A DNA stretch of 64,000 nucleotides from Camelus ferus (Eukaryota). A program made the position numbers and the translations under genes. The stretch is from positions 119,042,001 to 119,106,000 of the forward strand of contig NC_045696.1 in assembly GCF_009834535.1 (NCBI RefSeq). Reading direction: 5' to 3'. This document shows positions 11,801 through 23,949 of the stretch, one piece after another (the first letter of the stretch is position 1; each line of letters starts with the position of its first letter). The notes beneath the pieces were generated by a model. It saw only the letters and a program-made list of their open reading frames with translations, had not been told where the DNA came from and ran no database searches.

Positions 11801-14800
11801 GCTTAAAAGACATTTTATTTTTAGAAAGAGACAAAATAATAGTAAAATAGTTCTGCAATGTCTCTCATTTGTTTACATTTTCCATCTACCTGGAGTGTAG
11901 GGTGTATCTTTTATTATTCCTACTTGAAACATGACTAGAAGAAAAGCCCTACTTGTTCCTAATGTTTACAGTGAGATATTATTACTACTTCTGGTATATT
12001 TGTGTATGCTACTACCTATATATTTTCAATCAATAAGTATCTATTGAAAAATATAAGACATTGTACTGTCTCTTCCAGTTTGGGGTTACATACTTCCCTT
12101 AACTTTTAGAAGTGAAATACAGAAAGAGTCTTAAAGTCTGTAGAAGGGCTCCACATTACCTCACAATGCTGTGAAAGGAATACAAAGCTGCCTAAAAATA
12201 TTTTTGCAAAAAAAAATAGCAAACATGTATTAATATAACTTTAACTTGGAAATCTATTCTAATAGATCCTGATCACCATGTAAGAAAGAACTTCTAGGTG
12301 GGAATAAATGCACAAATAAGATAAACCTAGGCAAGCAAAATCACTTTTCCCTTATTTATCTCTACCTCTTCTCAAACAAAAAGACTACCATTTGACAGAG
12401 AATACTTACTTCTTCATGAAGCCAGTCACTCAAATAGAATCCTGCATTATCTATAAAAAATTAAGATTCCCTTATTTTCTTATTTTTGTTATATTGGGAA
12501 TAATAGTACTTTGAAATTTTTAAAAATGCACCTTGTTATTTCATTCTTTCTGTAAACTTTATTTTCAGGCTTATCCTCCTTATCCAAGTTCACCAGTTCA
12601 GGTTATCACCGGATATCAGCTGCCTGTTTATAATTATCAGGTAATTTAAGAGGGATCAAAATGATTTACTTTGGAATATTATTGAGGCCTTTATTTATAT
12701 AAATTTCCCTAATTGTCATTTAGAGTGTGCCTAAAATTTAAGAAAAAAACTTAGAATTAGTCTAGAATTGGGGCTTCTCTATTATTGAGGAATAAAGGAA
12801 TAACATTTTTACAGGAATGAGCTAAATAAGCAAGAAGTTTTCTCTTATACTCTGTTGCATGATTTGGTGTCCTCTCTGTATTCTAACATGTATTCTTCCA
12901 TCTTTACTGTCTTAATAGCTGGAACATCCAGGCTTACTTTTGTAAGTTTTTCTAGGGGGAAAGGTTGAAATAAAATGATTAATTCTTAGTGCATTGAATT
13001 CCAGTTATGTTTGATAGTGTTTATTTAAGCTGACTGTGAATTTCTGCCCATAGATATGACCTTGACCATATCTATGGTAATAAACTCAAGGGCCTACTAT
13101 CTGAGTTTTCCTGAAAGTCAACTCCAGAAAATTGAGAAAAAGATGGAGTTTATGTACAAAAATAAAAGTAAGATCCTCAGATATTAGAAACATGAAATAC
13201 CTCTTTCTTTCATTTTGTTTCTTGTTATTATAACACATACAAGGAGCCAGCATGACAGATACCTCAACATTGTCTATCTCTTATCTTTGTGAAAATGTGA
13301 AGGAATATTTAAGTAATTGTTATTTCCTTTTCAAGGTGCCACCGCAGTGGCCTGCTGGAGAACAGAGGAGTTATGTTATACCTCCGGTAAGGTGGTGAAT
13401 TAGCCAGACATGTGCTTCCTATTCTTTAAAGTATTTTACTGTTTAATTCATGCATTTCTTAACCCTTTGCCATATCAGGTATTCTAGAAATATTTTAAAT
13501 GCCTGTTTACATTATGTGTTAGGTTTTATTTCTTGTCAACCCAAGGATATACTCCCATGGGAGAACTTGTACTTTTTGTTTCTCAAGGGTTTTTTGTGAA
13601 CTTAGCAATGGCTGCTCTGCATACAACAGTTGCTCAATTACTTGTTGATAAACTATGTAACTAAGAATAATAGTATTAATACCTTTGCTAATTCTAATTC
13701 CAGGGATTTAGAATTAGTATTGAATCTACCTCTAGTTTTCTACTCGTAAAAAAATCTTTTGAAGAGAAACAAACATGTTTTGCTGTGAGTACTGTTATGT
13801 GTTGTATAAGAAAAGAAATAAAACAAAAGAGGGTGCTACCTCTAAAACACCTGAGCTTTTGTTACCTTCTGCCTTTCATCAGGATTGGGTATTTGTAAGC
13901 TATGAGTTAAAATTCTCAGGCACTGGAAAATTCCCTTCCCATTTCCTTACTACATGTTGGAGTTCCTTTTTTCTTAGAGAAATTCTCCTAATTCTGATTA
14001 TGTTGACATCAAAATAAAAGATTACCTTTATTGCATTTCAATTATTCAGTTTAAAATAAAGTTTCTAAAATAATGTATTTGAACCTTTAGCACAACCCAC
14101 ATTTAAACTTTCAGTATCAGCTCACCATTTTGAAGAATAGATTGTTCAGAAATGTATCTAATATACATCTCTTTAATTACATTTTTATCATTTTAAATGT
14201 AGGCTTATACAACTGTTAACTACCACTGTAATGATGTTGATCCAGGAGCTGAAGTTTTGTCAAGTGAATGCTCAGTTCATGAAGCTACTCCATCCTCTGG
14301 AAATGGCCCACAAAAGGCAAACATCTAATTTTTGTTTGTTTATGTTTTCATATTTTTCAGATTTTAATAATGGCCCTTTGAGAAGCAAGCACCTTTGCTC
14401 AAATTTAAACAAATTATAGGGCTTGAGTCACTGCTAACTTTGCAATTTATGTAAAAGTTAATGAAATTTTAGGCACCCCCAAACTTTGAACGTGTATATG
14501 TAGTTGCTGATTCACTAGTCCTTTTCTCTCTTCCTTTTTCATTGTTTGTATTTTTATAACCATACTTTAATATGTATTGTATTAATATGATTTGCAGAAT
14601 GCAGTGGGTAGGTTTCCTCAAGAGTCCTACTCTTCAAAAGAGCAATTAGTATGAATTATATCTACCTTGTCTTTTATCAATTTAAACATTTACTTAGCTA
14701 AATAGTAATTCACAATTATTTATAATAGTCTCTCTATAAGATTATATATGGTAGCAGTTCTCAGGAGTGGTGGAGTCACTACTAATTAATCAGTGTGTAT

Positions 14801-17800
14801 AATAATTTATAAATTATATTTGTATACTTTATAAGGATTAATAATTATTTATAATAAGTATTACTAGTAATAGTTACTAGTAATAAGCAGAGTTGTTTCT
14901 TTTTTATCATTAGAGCAGATCCCTGTAATTACAGTGCTCTCACTCTTGAATTCTCATGTGTTTTCTTGAATGGGTGGGAATATGGAAGTAATTGATGTGG
15001 TTGGAATATGCATAATATTGAAGGATTCCCATCGGAGTATGCGTACTTCCTGTGTTTCTCAGTGGGAAAAAATGAGAACTACTAAACTGGGGTGAAAAAG
15101 TTCTTTGATTTGTTGCACAACTTAAAATTTGAAAAAATATCAAAATAGCTTAGGGTATAATTATATTATCAGATTTTAACCTGAATAAAATATTTCTTGA
15201 AATGTTGATCTTCACCGTTTCTTATCTAACAGGAAAAATTAAAAGAGCCTTAGGCAAATATCTTATTAGGATTTTACTAATGGAGCGTTTTTAACCAGTA
15301 CTCTTATCACTAAGGTCCTAAAATAATTCTTAAGTTTGGTAGAAAAGTTACATACTAAGTGACATGTGGTAAGAATGATAAATTACATGAGAATTCTTTA
15401 CAAATATATATATGTGTGTGTGTGTATATATACATACATATATATATATATAAAATCATTAAACTTTTTCAGAAAGCTTATTAACAGTGAGTAAAAGTCG
15501 GAATAGTTTTTACTGAAAATTTCTGTGTTTCAGAAATCTGTCGACCGAAGCATACAGACGGTGGTATCTTGCCTATTTAATCCAGAGAACAGACTGAGAA
15601 ACTCCCTTGTTACTCAAGATGACTACTTCAAGGTATGAAAGGAATAGTATGCAGGATAAAAAGCACGCTTGTCAGCAAGAAACACCTTTTTTTCTGTAGT
15701 ATATATATATTTTTATTTTTGAAATTACATAGAGTGTATGATTGAATCTTGGCATTTGACTATAACCCAGTAAACCACTTTGAGTGAGTTTTACATGGCA
15801 GTGTATTCTAGCTGCTCTGATCTTGATTTAGTGTGGTTTGCCCTTAAAGAAACTTTAGCAGAAGCCTGTAATTGAGAGAGTTCTCAGAAGAGTTGAAAGA
15901 GTATTGGCTTCATCAAATAAAAAAAAGAAAATTTTAGGTACAGAAAGCAGAACTTAAGAGTACAAGGATATTGGACTAAATAGAAGAAAAGAAATTGATC
16001 ACTTAGATGATGTACCTGAAGAATGTAGGGGTAGAAGAGGTAAAGAAAAAGAACTGAGTGAAAAGAAATGGAAGTTGATTTAGAGTTGCTAAAATGGAAA
16101 AGAATGTGGGTGTTTGAATTTAAGAAAGTTCTGGTTTCTAATCTTGGTTCTATCACCTTGACAAATCACTTAAATCATATTAAGGCTTCAATTTTTACAA
16201 GTCTAAAATGAGGATTCTCTAAGATCCCTTTAGTTATGAGTCCATGATACGGAAAGGAACTGGTCACTCCAGTGGGGGAATACTATTGTGCTTAGTAAAG
16301 GCAAGTTTTTTCTTTTCTTTTTTCTTTAATAATAGGTTTTTTGGTATATAATCTGAGAATAAAATACAATTCACCCTTTTAAAGTGTGCAGTTCAATACT
16401 TTTTAGAATGTTCAGAGTTGTTCAACTACAACCACAATCAATTTTAGAATATTTTAATCACCCCAGAAATAAACCCCCTACCCATTAGCAGTCACTCTAT
16501 TCCACTGCCAACTTCCCTAGTCTTGGGCAAGCACTCACTGACTTTAAGGATTTGCCTATTCTGGACAGTTCATATAAATAGAATAATACAAAATGTGGCT
16601 TTTTGTTAGTTTCTTTCACTTAGCAGAATGTTTTCAAGTTTCATCAGTGTTACAACATGTATCAGTACTTCATTTCGTTTCATTTATGAATCTAGCACTT
16701 TGTGTTTATCCATTCATCACTCATCTGATAGACATTTGGGTTGTTTCTACTTTTGGGCTCTGATGAGTTAGTAATGCTATGACTATATGTACAAATTACT
16801 GTGTAGACACGTTTTTATTTCTTTTGAGTATGTAACTAAGAATGTAATTGCTGAGTCACATAGTAACTATGTTTAACCTTCCAAGGACCTGCCAGAGTTT
16901 TTCCAAAATGTACCATTTTACATTCAAAGGGAATTTTTAAACCATTGCTTTGTATCTTAAAACAAGGAAAGGAGAATAGCTCTTTTCCATCCATGAGTAA
17001 ACATAGGACAAAGCTGAAAGCGGTTTTAAAACGAATACTAAGGACTTCCTTTAGTGCAGAAGACTAGAGCTGTAGCAGAATTAAGTTCTTTACCATCTTC
17101 TCAGTAAGTAAGCATACTCATTTAAAGTTGACATTTGTTCCTCTGTTTTCCTACCTATATAGACAGTACAATTTAAAAGGAAAGAACTGGGGGTTGTATA
17201 ACAGCTTCCCTTGCCCAAAGTTCTGAAGGTTAAATAGGTAGTATTTAAAAGATTTGTTTGTGAAGCAAAAAATCATCTTTAAACTTGAGTTTTCACCTAG
17301 TGTTAGAAGTCTCCCTTTGAATCTTTCAAAGTTTTCTGCTCCTCTGGGCTAGGAGTCAGAAATTGGTGGTCTGCAGTTATCTAGCATCTAGACCTACTAT
17401 GATTCACTAAATGTTGTTACTGTATTAGTTGAATTTGAATGTACTGAGGCAGGGTAAACACTGTTTCCATGGTAAATTCCACTCAATTCCAACTCCTTCA
17501 CAAGCTTTCATGTCCTACCTCTGAAGATACTTGACTTTGTGACCACTTTTCTGGGCTTTTGCCTAAATAGGATATTGCCCTGTTGATAGATTACGTAATT
17601 TCCGGAAGTCACCCTTCTTAAATGACAGCTGAATTTAATCCCTAGGAAAGAGGCACAGTTCAGCTAAACATGTGGGGAAGAAAATACTATTGTGTTATTA
17701 CTGGTTTACTCAGCTCCATTCTTGTTTGTAAGGCCTCACTTCTGTCTGAACATCTACAGGCAACATAAAGTGGAAGGAAAATTATGTGTATGTTTTTTAT

Positions 17801-18367
17801 TTTTGTAAAAATTAAGGTTTGATTTCCTAAAAAATGATATATCTTCATTACAGGTTAAGGATATGCCTTTAAATATGCCAAAACTTTTATCTCTTAACCT
17901 AAAAGCATAGGATTTCAGATTGAAGTGTAGTGCTGTTCTCAAGCCATAATTTCTATCAGATGTACTTTGATTAGTAGAAAATAGGACTTTTAAAATTTCA
18001 TGTTTTTCACCAGCTGTCTTTGGGACATCTCTGCCAAATCATTAATTAAGAATTTATGTAAAAGGGTATTGAATCTAAGTCTAATTTTTCTGAGTTACTG
18101 AGATTTCTTTTTTAACTAAATTGTTGAATAAAATTAGTCATTGACACATTTGTTATCCCAAAGTTCAAGAATGCTTCCCCAAAGGATCATTTTTCTCTCA
18201 TTACAGTTTTTTAAACCCAAAATAAGTGCTTTAAGTATTTTGCAACTCTCTTAGGTCTTAGTGATAATAGGAATTTTCAGTGAAGTAAAGAGGACTATTT
18301 CTGTCTTTTCTAGGACAAAAGAGTTCATCATTTTAGAAGAAGTCGGGCAGTGCTTAAGTCTGTTTGA
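2171..18367 (+). CDS. DAZL: DAZL (deleted in azoospermia-like), spliced CDS over 11 exons, 295 aa, one RRM plus one DAZ repeat
   Basis: Manual splicing gives 3+147+92+52+64+140+72+51+114+99+54 = 888 nt with an open frame: MSAANPETPTSTVSREASTQSSSATTSQGYVLPEGRIMPNTIFVGGIDVRMDETEIRSFFARYGSVKEVKIITDRTGVSKGYGFVSFYNDVDVQKIVESQINFHGKKLKLGPAIRKQNLCAYHVQPRPLVFNPPPPPQFQSVWSNPNTETYMQPPTVMNPITQYVQAYPPYPSSPVQVITGYQLPVYNYQVPPQWPAGEQRSYVIPPAYTTVNYHCNDVDPGAEVLSSECSVHEATPSSGNGPQKKSVDRSIQTVVSCLFNPENRLRNSLVTQDDYFKDKRVHHFRRSRAVLKSV*. RNP2 (IFVGGI) and RNP1 (KGYGFVSF) are present, and the length matches mammalian DAZL. Confidence 0.98.
3581..3712 (+). mobile_element. tRNA-Ala-derived SINE (camelid Vic-1 type) with 16-bp TSD
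   Basis: ggggagggtatagctaagtggtagag...cttagcatg... plus A-rich tail; flanked by aagactgtaccattac at 3565-3580 and 3713-3728. Confidence 0.9.
5838..6028 (+). mobile_element. MER20-like hAT DNA transposon
   Basis: Termini cagagtttctcaac ... gttgagaatcagtg and internal ctttgttgtgggggctgtcct typical of MER20. Confidence 0.75.
7522..8090 (+). mobile_element. 5'-truncated L1 (ORF2 end plus 3'UTR) with 13-bp TSD
   Basis: Encodes MLFAATWMDLEIVILS (L1 ORF2 C-terminus); TSD aaagatgaggcaa at 7509-7521 and 8091-8103. Confidence 0.92.
8580..8726 (+). CDS. DAZL: DAZL exon 2 (SAANPETP...IFVGGIDVR)
   Basis: ttacag|TCT...GTTAGG|gtattg, 147 nt, contains RNP2. Confidence 0.97.
9002..9093 (+). CDS. DAZL: DAZL exon 3 (MDETEIRSFFARYGSVKEVKIITDRTGVSKG)
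   Basis: ccatag|ATG...AAAGG|gtgagt, 92 nt. Confidence 0.97.
9692..9743 (+). CDS. DAZL: DAZL exon 4 (YGFVSFYNDVDVQKIVE)
   Basis: ttatag|CTATGG...GTAGAA|gtaagt, 52 nt, completes RNP1. Confidence 0.97.
9911..10576 (-). mobile_element. L1 insertion (chimeric: younger L1 body plus older L1M-type 3' end)
   Basis: ORF 10103..10330(-) contains MLFAATWMDLEITILSEV; flanking repeat cagaacctgtt(t/a)attttt at 9898 and 10577. Confidence 0.88.
10874..10937 (+). CDS. DAZL: DAZL exon 5 (SQINFHGKKLKLGPAIRKQNL)
   Basis: tttcag|TCA...TTAT|gtgagt, 64 nt. Confidence 0.97.
11031..11170 (+). CDS. DAZL: DAZL exon 6 (proline-rich)
   Basis: aaaaag|GTGCT...GTTCAG|gtaaga, 140 nt; overlaps supplied ORF 11042..11323. 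Confidence 0.97.
12569..12640 (+). CDS. DAZL: DAZL exon 7, single 24-aa DAZ repeat (AYPPYPSSPVQVITGYQLPVYNYQ)
   Basis: tttcag|GCT...TATCAG|gtaatt, 72 nt. Confidence 0.97.
13336..13386 (+). CDS. DAZL: DAZL exon 8 (VPPQWPAGEQRSYVIPP)
   Basis: ttcaag|GTG...CCG|gtaagg, 51 nt, symmetric phase 0. Confidence 0.95.
14203..14316 (+). CDS. DAZL: DAZL exon 9 (AYTTVNYHC...GNGPQK), followed by a GC donor
   Basis: atgtag|GCT...CAAAAG|gcaaac, 114 nt; the 3' boundary is fixed by frame and protein continuity. Confidence 0.92.
15405..15451. repeat. Compound (TA)n/(TG)n/(CA) microsatellite
   Basis: atatatatatgtgtgtgtgtgtatatatacatacatatatatatata. Confidence 0.9.
15534..15632 (+). CDS. DAZL: DAZL exon 10 (KSVDRSIQTVV...QDDYFK)
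   Basis: tttcag|AAA...TTCAAG|gtatga, 99 nt. Confidence 0.97.
16330..16925 (-). mobile_element. Old L1 (L1M-type) 3' fragment
   Basis: Typical antisense L1 3' text: cccattagcagtcact..., ctttcacttagca..., gacatttgggttgtttc. Confidence 0.8.
18314..18367 (+). CDS. DAZL: DAZL exon 11 coding part (DKRVHHFRRSRAVLKSV*)
   Basis: ttctag|GAC...GTT TGA, stop at 18365-18367. Confidence 0.97.
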   Translation, partial: DKRVHHFRRSRAVLKSV

Positions 18368-20300
18368 TCCTCTCTGCTAACTTTCTGATCTCATGGGAAG
18401 TTGCAGGTTTTGAATATTAAGAGACTGAAAGTTTTTCCACTATTATAGAAATTTAATTCTGAATTTTGATAAGTCACACTCACTTTCTTTACAAGTTTTA
18501 TTAGATTGCCTAGTTTTATTTTACAGTGAAACTTTCATTAGATGTTTATTTAGAAACTGGTTCTGTGTTGAATATATAGTTAAAAGTAAAAAAATAATCG
18601 AGACTGGAAGGAATTGCTTTAAGATTTATCTGTAAGGACTTTTTAATTGACATTTTAAGGGTTTAAAAGCAGATGCTGACTTTCCAAAAAAAATTGTTTT
18701 AGGAAACCTATTTCGAAAGGTCAGAATTTTGATAGTTTGAATACAGGCATTTCACTTTTCCAACAAATAGTTGTGACAGTACAACATCTACAGTATTGTG
18801 CTTTACACTTACGATTTGTCCAGAAATTTACCACAAAAGCAGAGTTTAAAACTGCATTTTTAATCAGTGGAACTTAGTATATAGTTAGCTTTGTTGAAGT
18901 TTTCCTTATCTAAACTCAGTAAAACAGATTCTAAACAAACAGTCCAATCAGTGGGTCTTACATTTATTAGTTCAAAATACTTTATATTTTATCTAGAATC
19001 CACACATAGAGTTATCTGATTGGGATGGTAATTAGGATAACTAAAATTCCGGGCCTAAATTTTTTTTAAAGAAGCCAAAAACAAACTAAACTTTACTAGG
19101 TACGTAAGCTTCTCAGTCAGTTACCATTCTCCTTTTTTTCTTTTTCATTTTTTTCCCTTGAAATGCTAAAAACTCAATGGCTGTATCTTAAATTGTGCAA
19201 AATACTGGTATTAAAGACAAACTTTTTTTATGTCACTTAAAGGTTAATCAGAGTATCTGAAAGGAATTGTTTTTATAAAAACATTAAAATATTTGTTATA
19301 TGTTAAAGGACAGATTTTTATTTTTTAGCCTATTATATTTCCTTTTTTAAAGTGAAATATGTCCAGGAGAGTCAAAGTAGTTTTGGCGTTTCTAAACCAC
19401 AAAAGTTTTTCAGTAAGCATATCCCAAAACTATACTAGAGTTAGCATTAACAGTCTATTTCTAGATTAGCGATTAGCTAGGCTCCTCTTAGATGTTGTGT
19501 ATCGTGATGAACAGCTAGAGCCCCAGAGCCCCTTTGCCGAACCAGTCTTTCTGTTCCCGTCTGTACCACCATTCTTCCAGGAGGTTTGCTCCTAGAACAG
19601 GCGATGCAAAGAAGAGAAGTAGCAGTATAAGCAGTTGGAGGGTTAAGCCTTGGAAAGGAAGCAGTGGGATAAAACCTTTCTAAGGGAAACGCTTGTATCA
19701 GCATCATTTGACCTGCCATGGACATGAGTTTCATGGCTTCCTGGGTTTTCTTTCATTGAAAAGAAAAGACCCCTTCACTAAGACATGGAGACTCCATTTA
19801 TCCCTATCCTAGTGAAGCTTCCATGGCCATATCATCAGTGCCCATTGTCTTATAATTCCTAATAATATTCATTCTGAATCTGAAGGGAAGAGTCTTTTAA
19901 CTTAAGAATCCCCAAGAGGGCTTTCTAATGCCTCAGAATTTGAAAGTGGCCCTTAAATTTGTCCTTTTTAAAATTCTACTTTGTATGTGTGTGCTGTAAC
20001 ATTCTTTCATGTATTATTCTGTGATTAAATCTCCAGGTTACTATAAATGATACCAAATTCTAAAGAGCCAATTCTGATTATCCCAGTATGACCTTAAGAA
20101 AAGTAAGGGAATAAACTTTTTTTTGTCTGCTGTTTTGTTGGACTGAAGTATTTAAAAGAGTAATGTAGAAAGAAGAGGCAAAATCTTGAACCTTTCAAAA
20201 TGGAAAATTAATTTTAAACTTAAAAGTATGTTCATATTGCCTATGCTGATACTGTATTTGCATAAATGAATAAATAAAAATAAAACTTTTTTTCAAAAGT
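18368..20300 (+). other. DAZL: DAZL 3'UTR (~1.9 kb, U-rich; end approximate)
   Basis: AT-rich sequence with no recognisable repeats after the stop codon, ending at clustered AATAAA. Confidence 0.8.
20269..20284 (+). terminator. Polyadenylation signal cluster (three AATAAA)
   Basis: AATAAA at 20269, 20273 and 20279, followed by U/GU-rich sequence (gtgttttg). Confidence 0.8.
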
Positions 20301-22807
20301 GTTTTGACCTACTTGTTCATATCATAGTATCTAAATGAATAGTGGAAATTTGAGTGGGTAGTATTTGACAAGGTTTCAGGTCCTTGACATTCAGAGGTGT
20401 AAATATTCAGTTTCTGAATCTGGCAAAGTTAATTTATAAAAGCAATTTTTGTCACATTGTGTTTTTATTGTTTTATGAAATTAAGAGAGAGATTTTCTGA
20501 GAAAATAATCCCTCTTACGTTGAAAATGGTTAACAGTGGGTTCAGTGCATTATTAACAGAGCAGTGCCTAGGAAGAATGCCAGAGAGTCATATTACGACT
20601 GCAGTTTGATGCCCAAGGGCCCTCTATAAACAATTGGGACTCTATAAACACTTTGCACACTTCAGGCCTAATAGGTCTGTGACGCTTTTATTTTAGGGTA
20701 TTGCAGTTGCTGATTATAGAGGTAAATTTTACATATTTCATTTACTTCGTGTGGGGTTGCATTCAGAAGATCATGACTCACCACCTCTTCCAGTTCTAGC
20801 TCCAGTACTCCCAGTTCTATAAGCTGAGGCCATAGGAGAGAAAAGTCTCCCCTTGGGACACGCCAGTGTCATATTCCGTAACTGACTCATTACCAGAAAA
20901 TGTGTTTTGATACCAGTTCTGAAAGATAAAAGAGTACCTTCTGAATCACCAGAGCTTAAATGTTGATGTTTAAAGTATAATTTGCTGAAGATCAGTAATC
21001 CTTAAATTTGTGTATATATAGACATAAATTCATACTAACCATTATCCAGATCATTTGGTTAGCCCTGACTAAGCTAAAGGACAGTGTATAACATTTCGAG
21101 GCCCCCAAACTAGACAAAATGTCTTTAAAAGGTTGCTTTAAACCTACTTGATATTTTAAGCATATGTGCAGTTGAGGGTTACCACAAAATTCTGGATAAA
21201 AAGTCGTCTTTAGGATTGAAAAAATTTAATACACCACTTTTTGATAAAAAGTTGCAAGTGACGGTAAAATCATGCAACTCCAAAAAGGTTGGTTACCCCT
21301 GTAGGAAGTATATTCTGCATACTTTTTTTTCCCTTTTCCTAATAAGAACATGTTATCTTTGTAATTGTTCAAAATAGCATCAGTATTGATTAGCACCCTT
21401 AAACTGCAAGGAAGTCATTGACTTTCAAAATAAATACTCCACTGCAGTCCCCTGTAGTCATAAAGCCTCATACCCACTTCTCAAAGTCTCTTGGTTGTCT
21501 TTAAAGGTAAATTCATAGAGATGGACTGCCGCGTTGCCTGGTCGTCTTGCCCGCTTCCACTGCTGTCGTTGGACGGTAATAAGGAGCAGTAGCGATAAGG
21601 CAGCGTGCCAGTCTGCTCTCTCAAGGAAGTAGTGAGGGGGTGGGAAACCGCAAGGGGGAGAGAAGCTTTCCATTGACCAAGTTTTGCAAATGGGCCCAGC
21701 TGTTGAGTAGGATCATTTGGAATCCCTAAAACATTTGTAGATGAAGATTGCTCCTGTACATACTTTGATAACTGTAATCTAGCCCTTCCCAACATTATGT
21801 GTACCATGTCTCTCTGTGTGTAACTGAATCTTTTTGAGCAATTCCTCACCACACATCATCAAAGACTCTTGAGTTTTCCATCTGTAGACAGTACATTTGG
21901 TAGTAGGAAACAATAAACAGAAGTTCAAACTATAAACATTCGTTTTTGAATGCTCATGCAAAATATTCAATCTGCATAGCAAAGAAATGATAGGTAATTC
22001 TGCATTGCATTTGGAGTTAAAAACATCTGTCCAATATGGCTATAGCTGTGGGTGAATCTCAAAATGCAAAAAAATTGGCTTTGATACAGAAACTGAAACT
22101 ACCACTGTACAGTTAGGCTGTGTGGTGGCTATATTTTATGTTTTTAACTGGTCTGAAAGTTTTCCAGTTCAGTTTCTAGTTTTCACAAGGCACACAGAGG
22201 TTTTGTATCTTATTTGCACCTTTACTAAGGCTGGATGCCAGGAATATGCCTTTTCTCACATATAAAATCCCCAGATACCAGTTCACTCGGTCTTTAACAG
22301 AACGAGTTCTTGCAATGACTGGGATATTGGGGTGTGAAAGCTCTTTATAAATTTGAAGCAAAAGTAACATTTCAAACAGTTCAGAGAGTTAGAGGTTTTA
22401 ATCCTTAAATCAGTTCTTTTTTTTTTACAAAAAACAAATGCAACAGAAGTACATTAAGGCTCTAATCTATTGTGTTTCCCCAAAATAAAATAACTGGAGA
22501 CACACTCTATTCTGGCTCAATTTGGAGTAGAACTGTTTACTATAGAAGAAAGGCAGGGCCAACCCAACTGATGCGCCCTGGTAAAGCCAGAGCAGCTGTG
22601 CCCTTGCACACTTGTCAGACGTTTTTAATATCACCAACCCACTTCTACCCCCTGGAATAAATCCGGCCAGACCAGTGAGAATGGGGGGGCAGGGAGCAGT
22701 AATTTATATTACAGAGGCCATTTTCTGTGTTTTTACCAAAGCTAGATCCCCTTCACAGTGTGAGTAAAGTTTGATATTTAATGCTAAATGAGAAAAGTTT
22801 CACTCTG

Positions 22808-22808
<1 letters not shown>

Positions 22809-22838
<30 letters not shown>
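22809..22838. repeat. Poly(T)30
   Basis: Direct observation. Confidence 0.95.
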
Positions 22839-22978
22839 CCTTTTCTGAACATGGCTTGGTTGCTGCTCATCATTCTGGTTGGTGGTGGGTCTGTCTTTGA
22901 CAAAAGAAAAACCTATACACTCACCATCCAAGGTTTTTGTCCATGATTAGATCAGCCCTGATTTAGTATGTCACGTTT

Positions 22979-23170
22979 CAGTGATGCCAATTTCACAGGG
23001 AAGTCAAAGAACATCAGAACCATCATCAGATGCTCGTCAGAGATTCATACTCCTGGACCCCATTCTCAGATGTGCTTATTCTGCAGGCCTGGGTGGGCTC
23101 AGTAATACACATTGTTAATAAGAGCCTCAGGGGATTCTGATCTCCTCAACATTGACCTTGAGAGATACTG
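22979..23170. mobile_element. MER5-like hAT element (degraded)
   Basis: cagtg...cctgggtgggctcag...ctcaggggattctgat...gagatactg. Confidence 0.55.
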
Positions 23171-23949
23171 TCCAGGATGGGGATCTCTCAGTTACCACCT
23201 CAGTCTACCCCTGGCTTTGGGATAGCTGAATTTGGGGAACACCACTGTCAGGTCCATTTTGATTCCTTCATAAGGGATTTTTGTTGACTTAATCAATCTT
23301 TCCCTGCCAAGCCTCTGCCCAGGACTGCCAGTTGTCCACAGGCAAGAGCGACTTACGAACAGGCTGAAAAGTGGGTTGAATGAAGTCTGAAAGCCAAGAC
23401 TGGTGACCAAAATGAATGGTAAGAGTGCAGAAGAAAAGCTGGATTTTGAGGCCAACTGTATCGTCCAGCCGAAAGCGAGGGACCAGGCTCAGCTGGGAGG
23501 GGCAGAGTGGACTTTTTGGAGGCCAAGATCCCATACTTGCCTCCTGCAGGGAAGACCGGTGTCTTTGGCCCACTTGGCAAATTTTAATAAGAGATACTAC
23601 CTGGATTTTAGAAAAATATGGCCTGTCATTTCTCCTGTTTTCTGCCTTGGGGTTAACTAATATGCCTCATCCTTAACAAAAATATTAGTAACAAATCAAT
23701 ATTGGAAATAATATGTTTAAAAAGCCAAGTTCCAGAGAGAGTCTGGAGCATATTGAAATCCATATTGTATTTGTGTGTGTGTTTAAAAAACTCCCCCATA
23801 AGTTATGTAAAAGTATAAAAATAAGTATACCTTTAAAGAATAATGGAATACCTAAATTAACTTAAGAAATAGGTATGTACCAATAAATAGCAATCCCCTC
23901 CTCAAAAAAAAAAAAAAAAAGAATATTCCATTAATTTAAAAGTGCTGGA

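Noticed and set aside
14859..14885. 14-bp palindrome TATTACTAGTAATA with an adjacent partial repeat
   Set aside because: Lies in very AT-rich low-complexity intron sequence; likely slippage.
20621..20650. Short direct repeat ctctataaaca x2
   Set aside because: Only two 11-bp units; no array structure.
21458..21982. Minus-strand ORFs (71-123 aa) just downstream of DAZL
   Set aside because: No recognisable homology or supported splice structure; lengths are within chance expectation.
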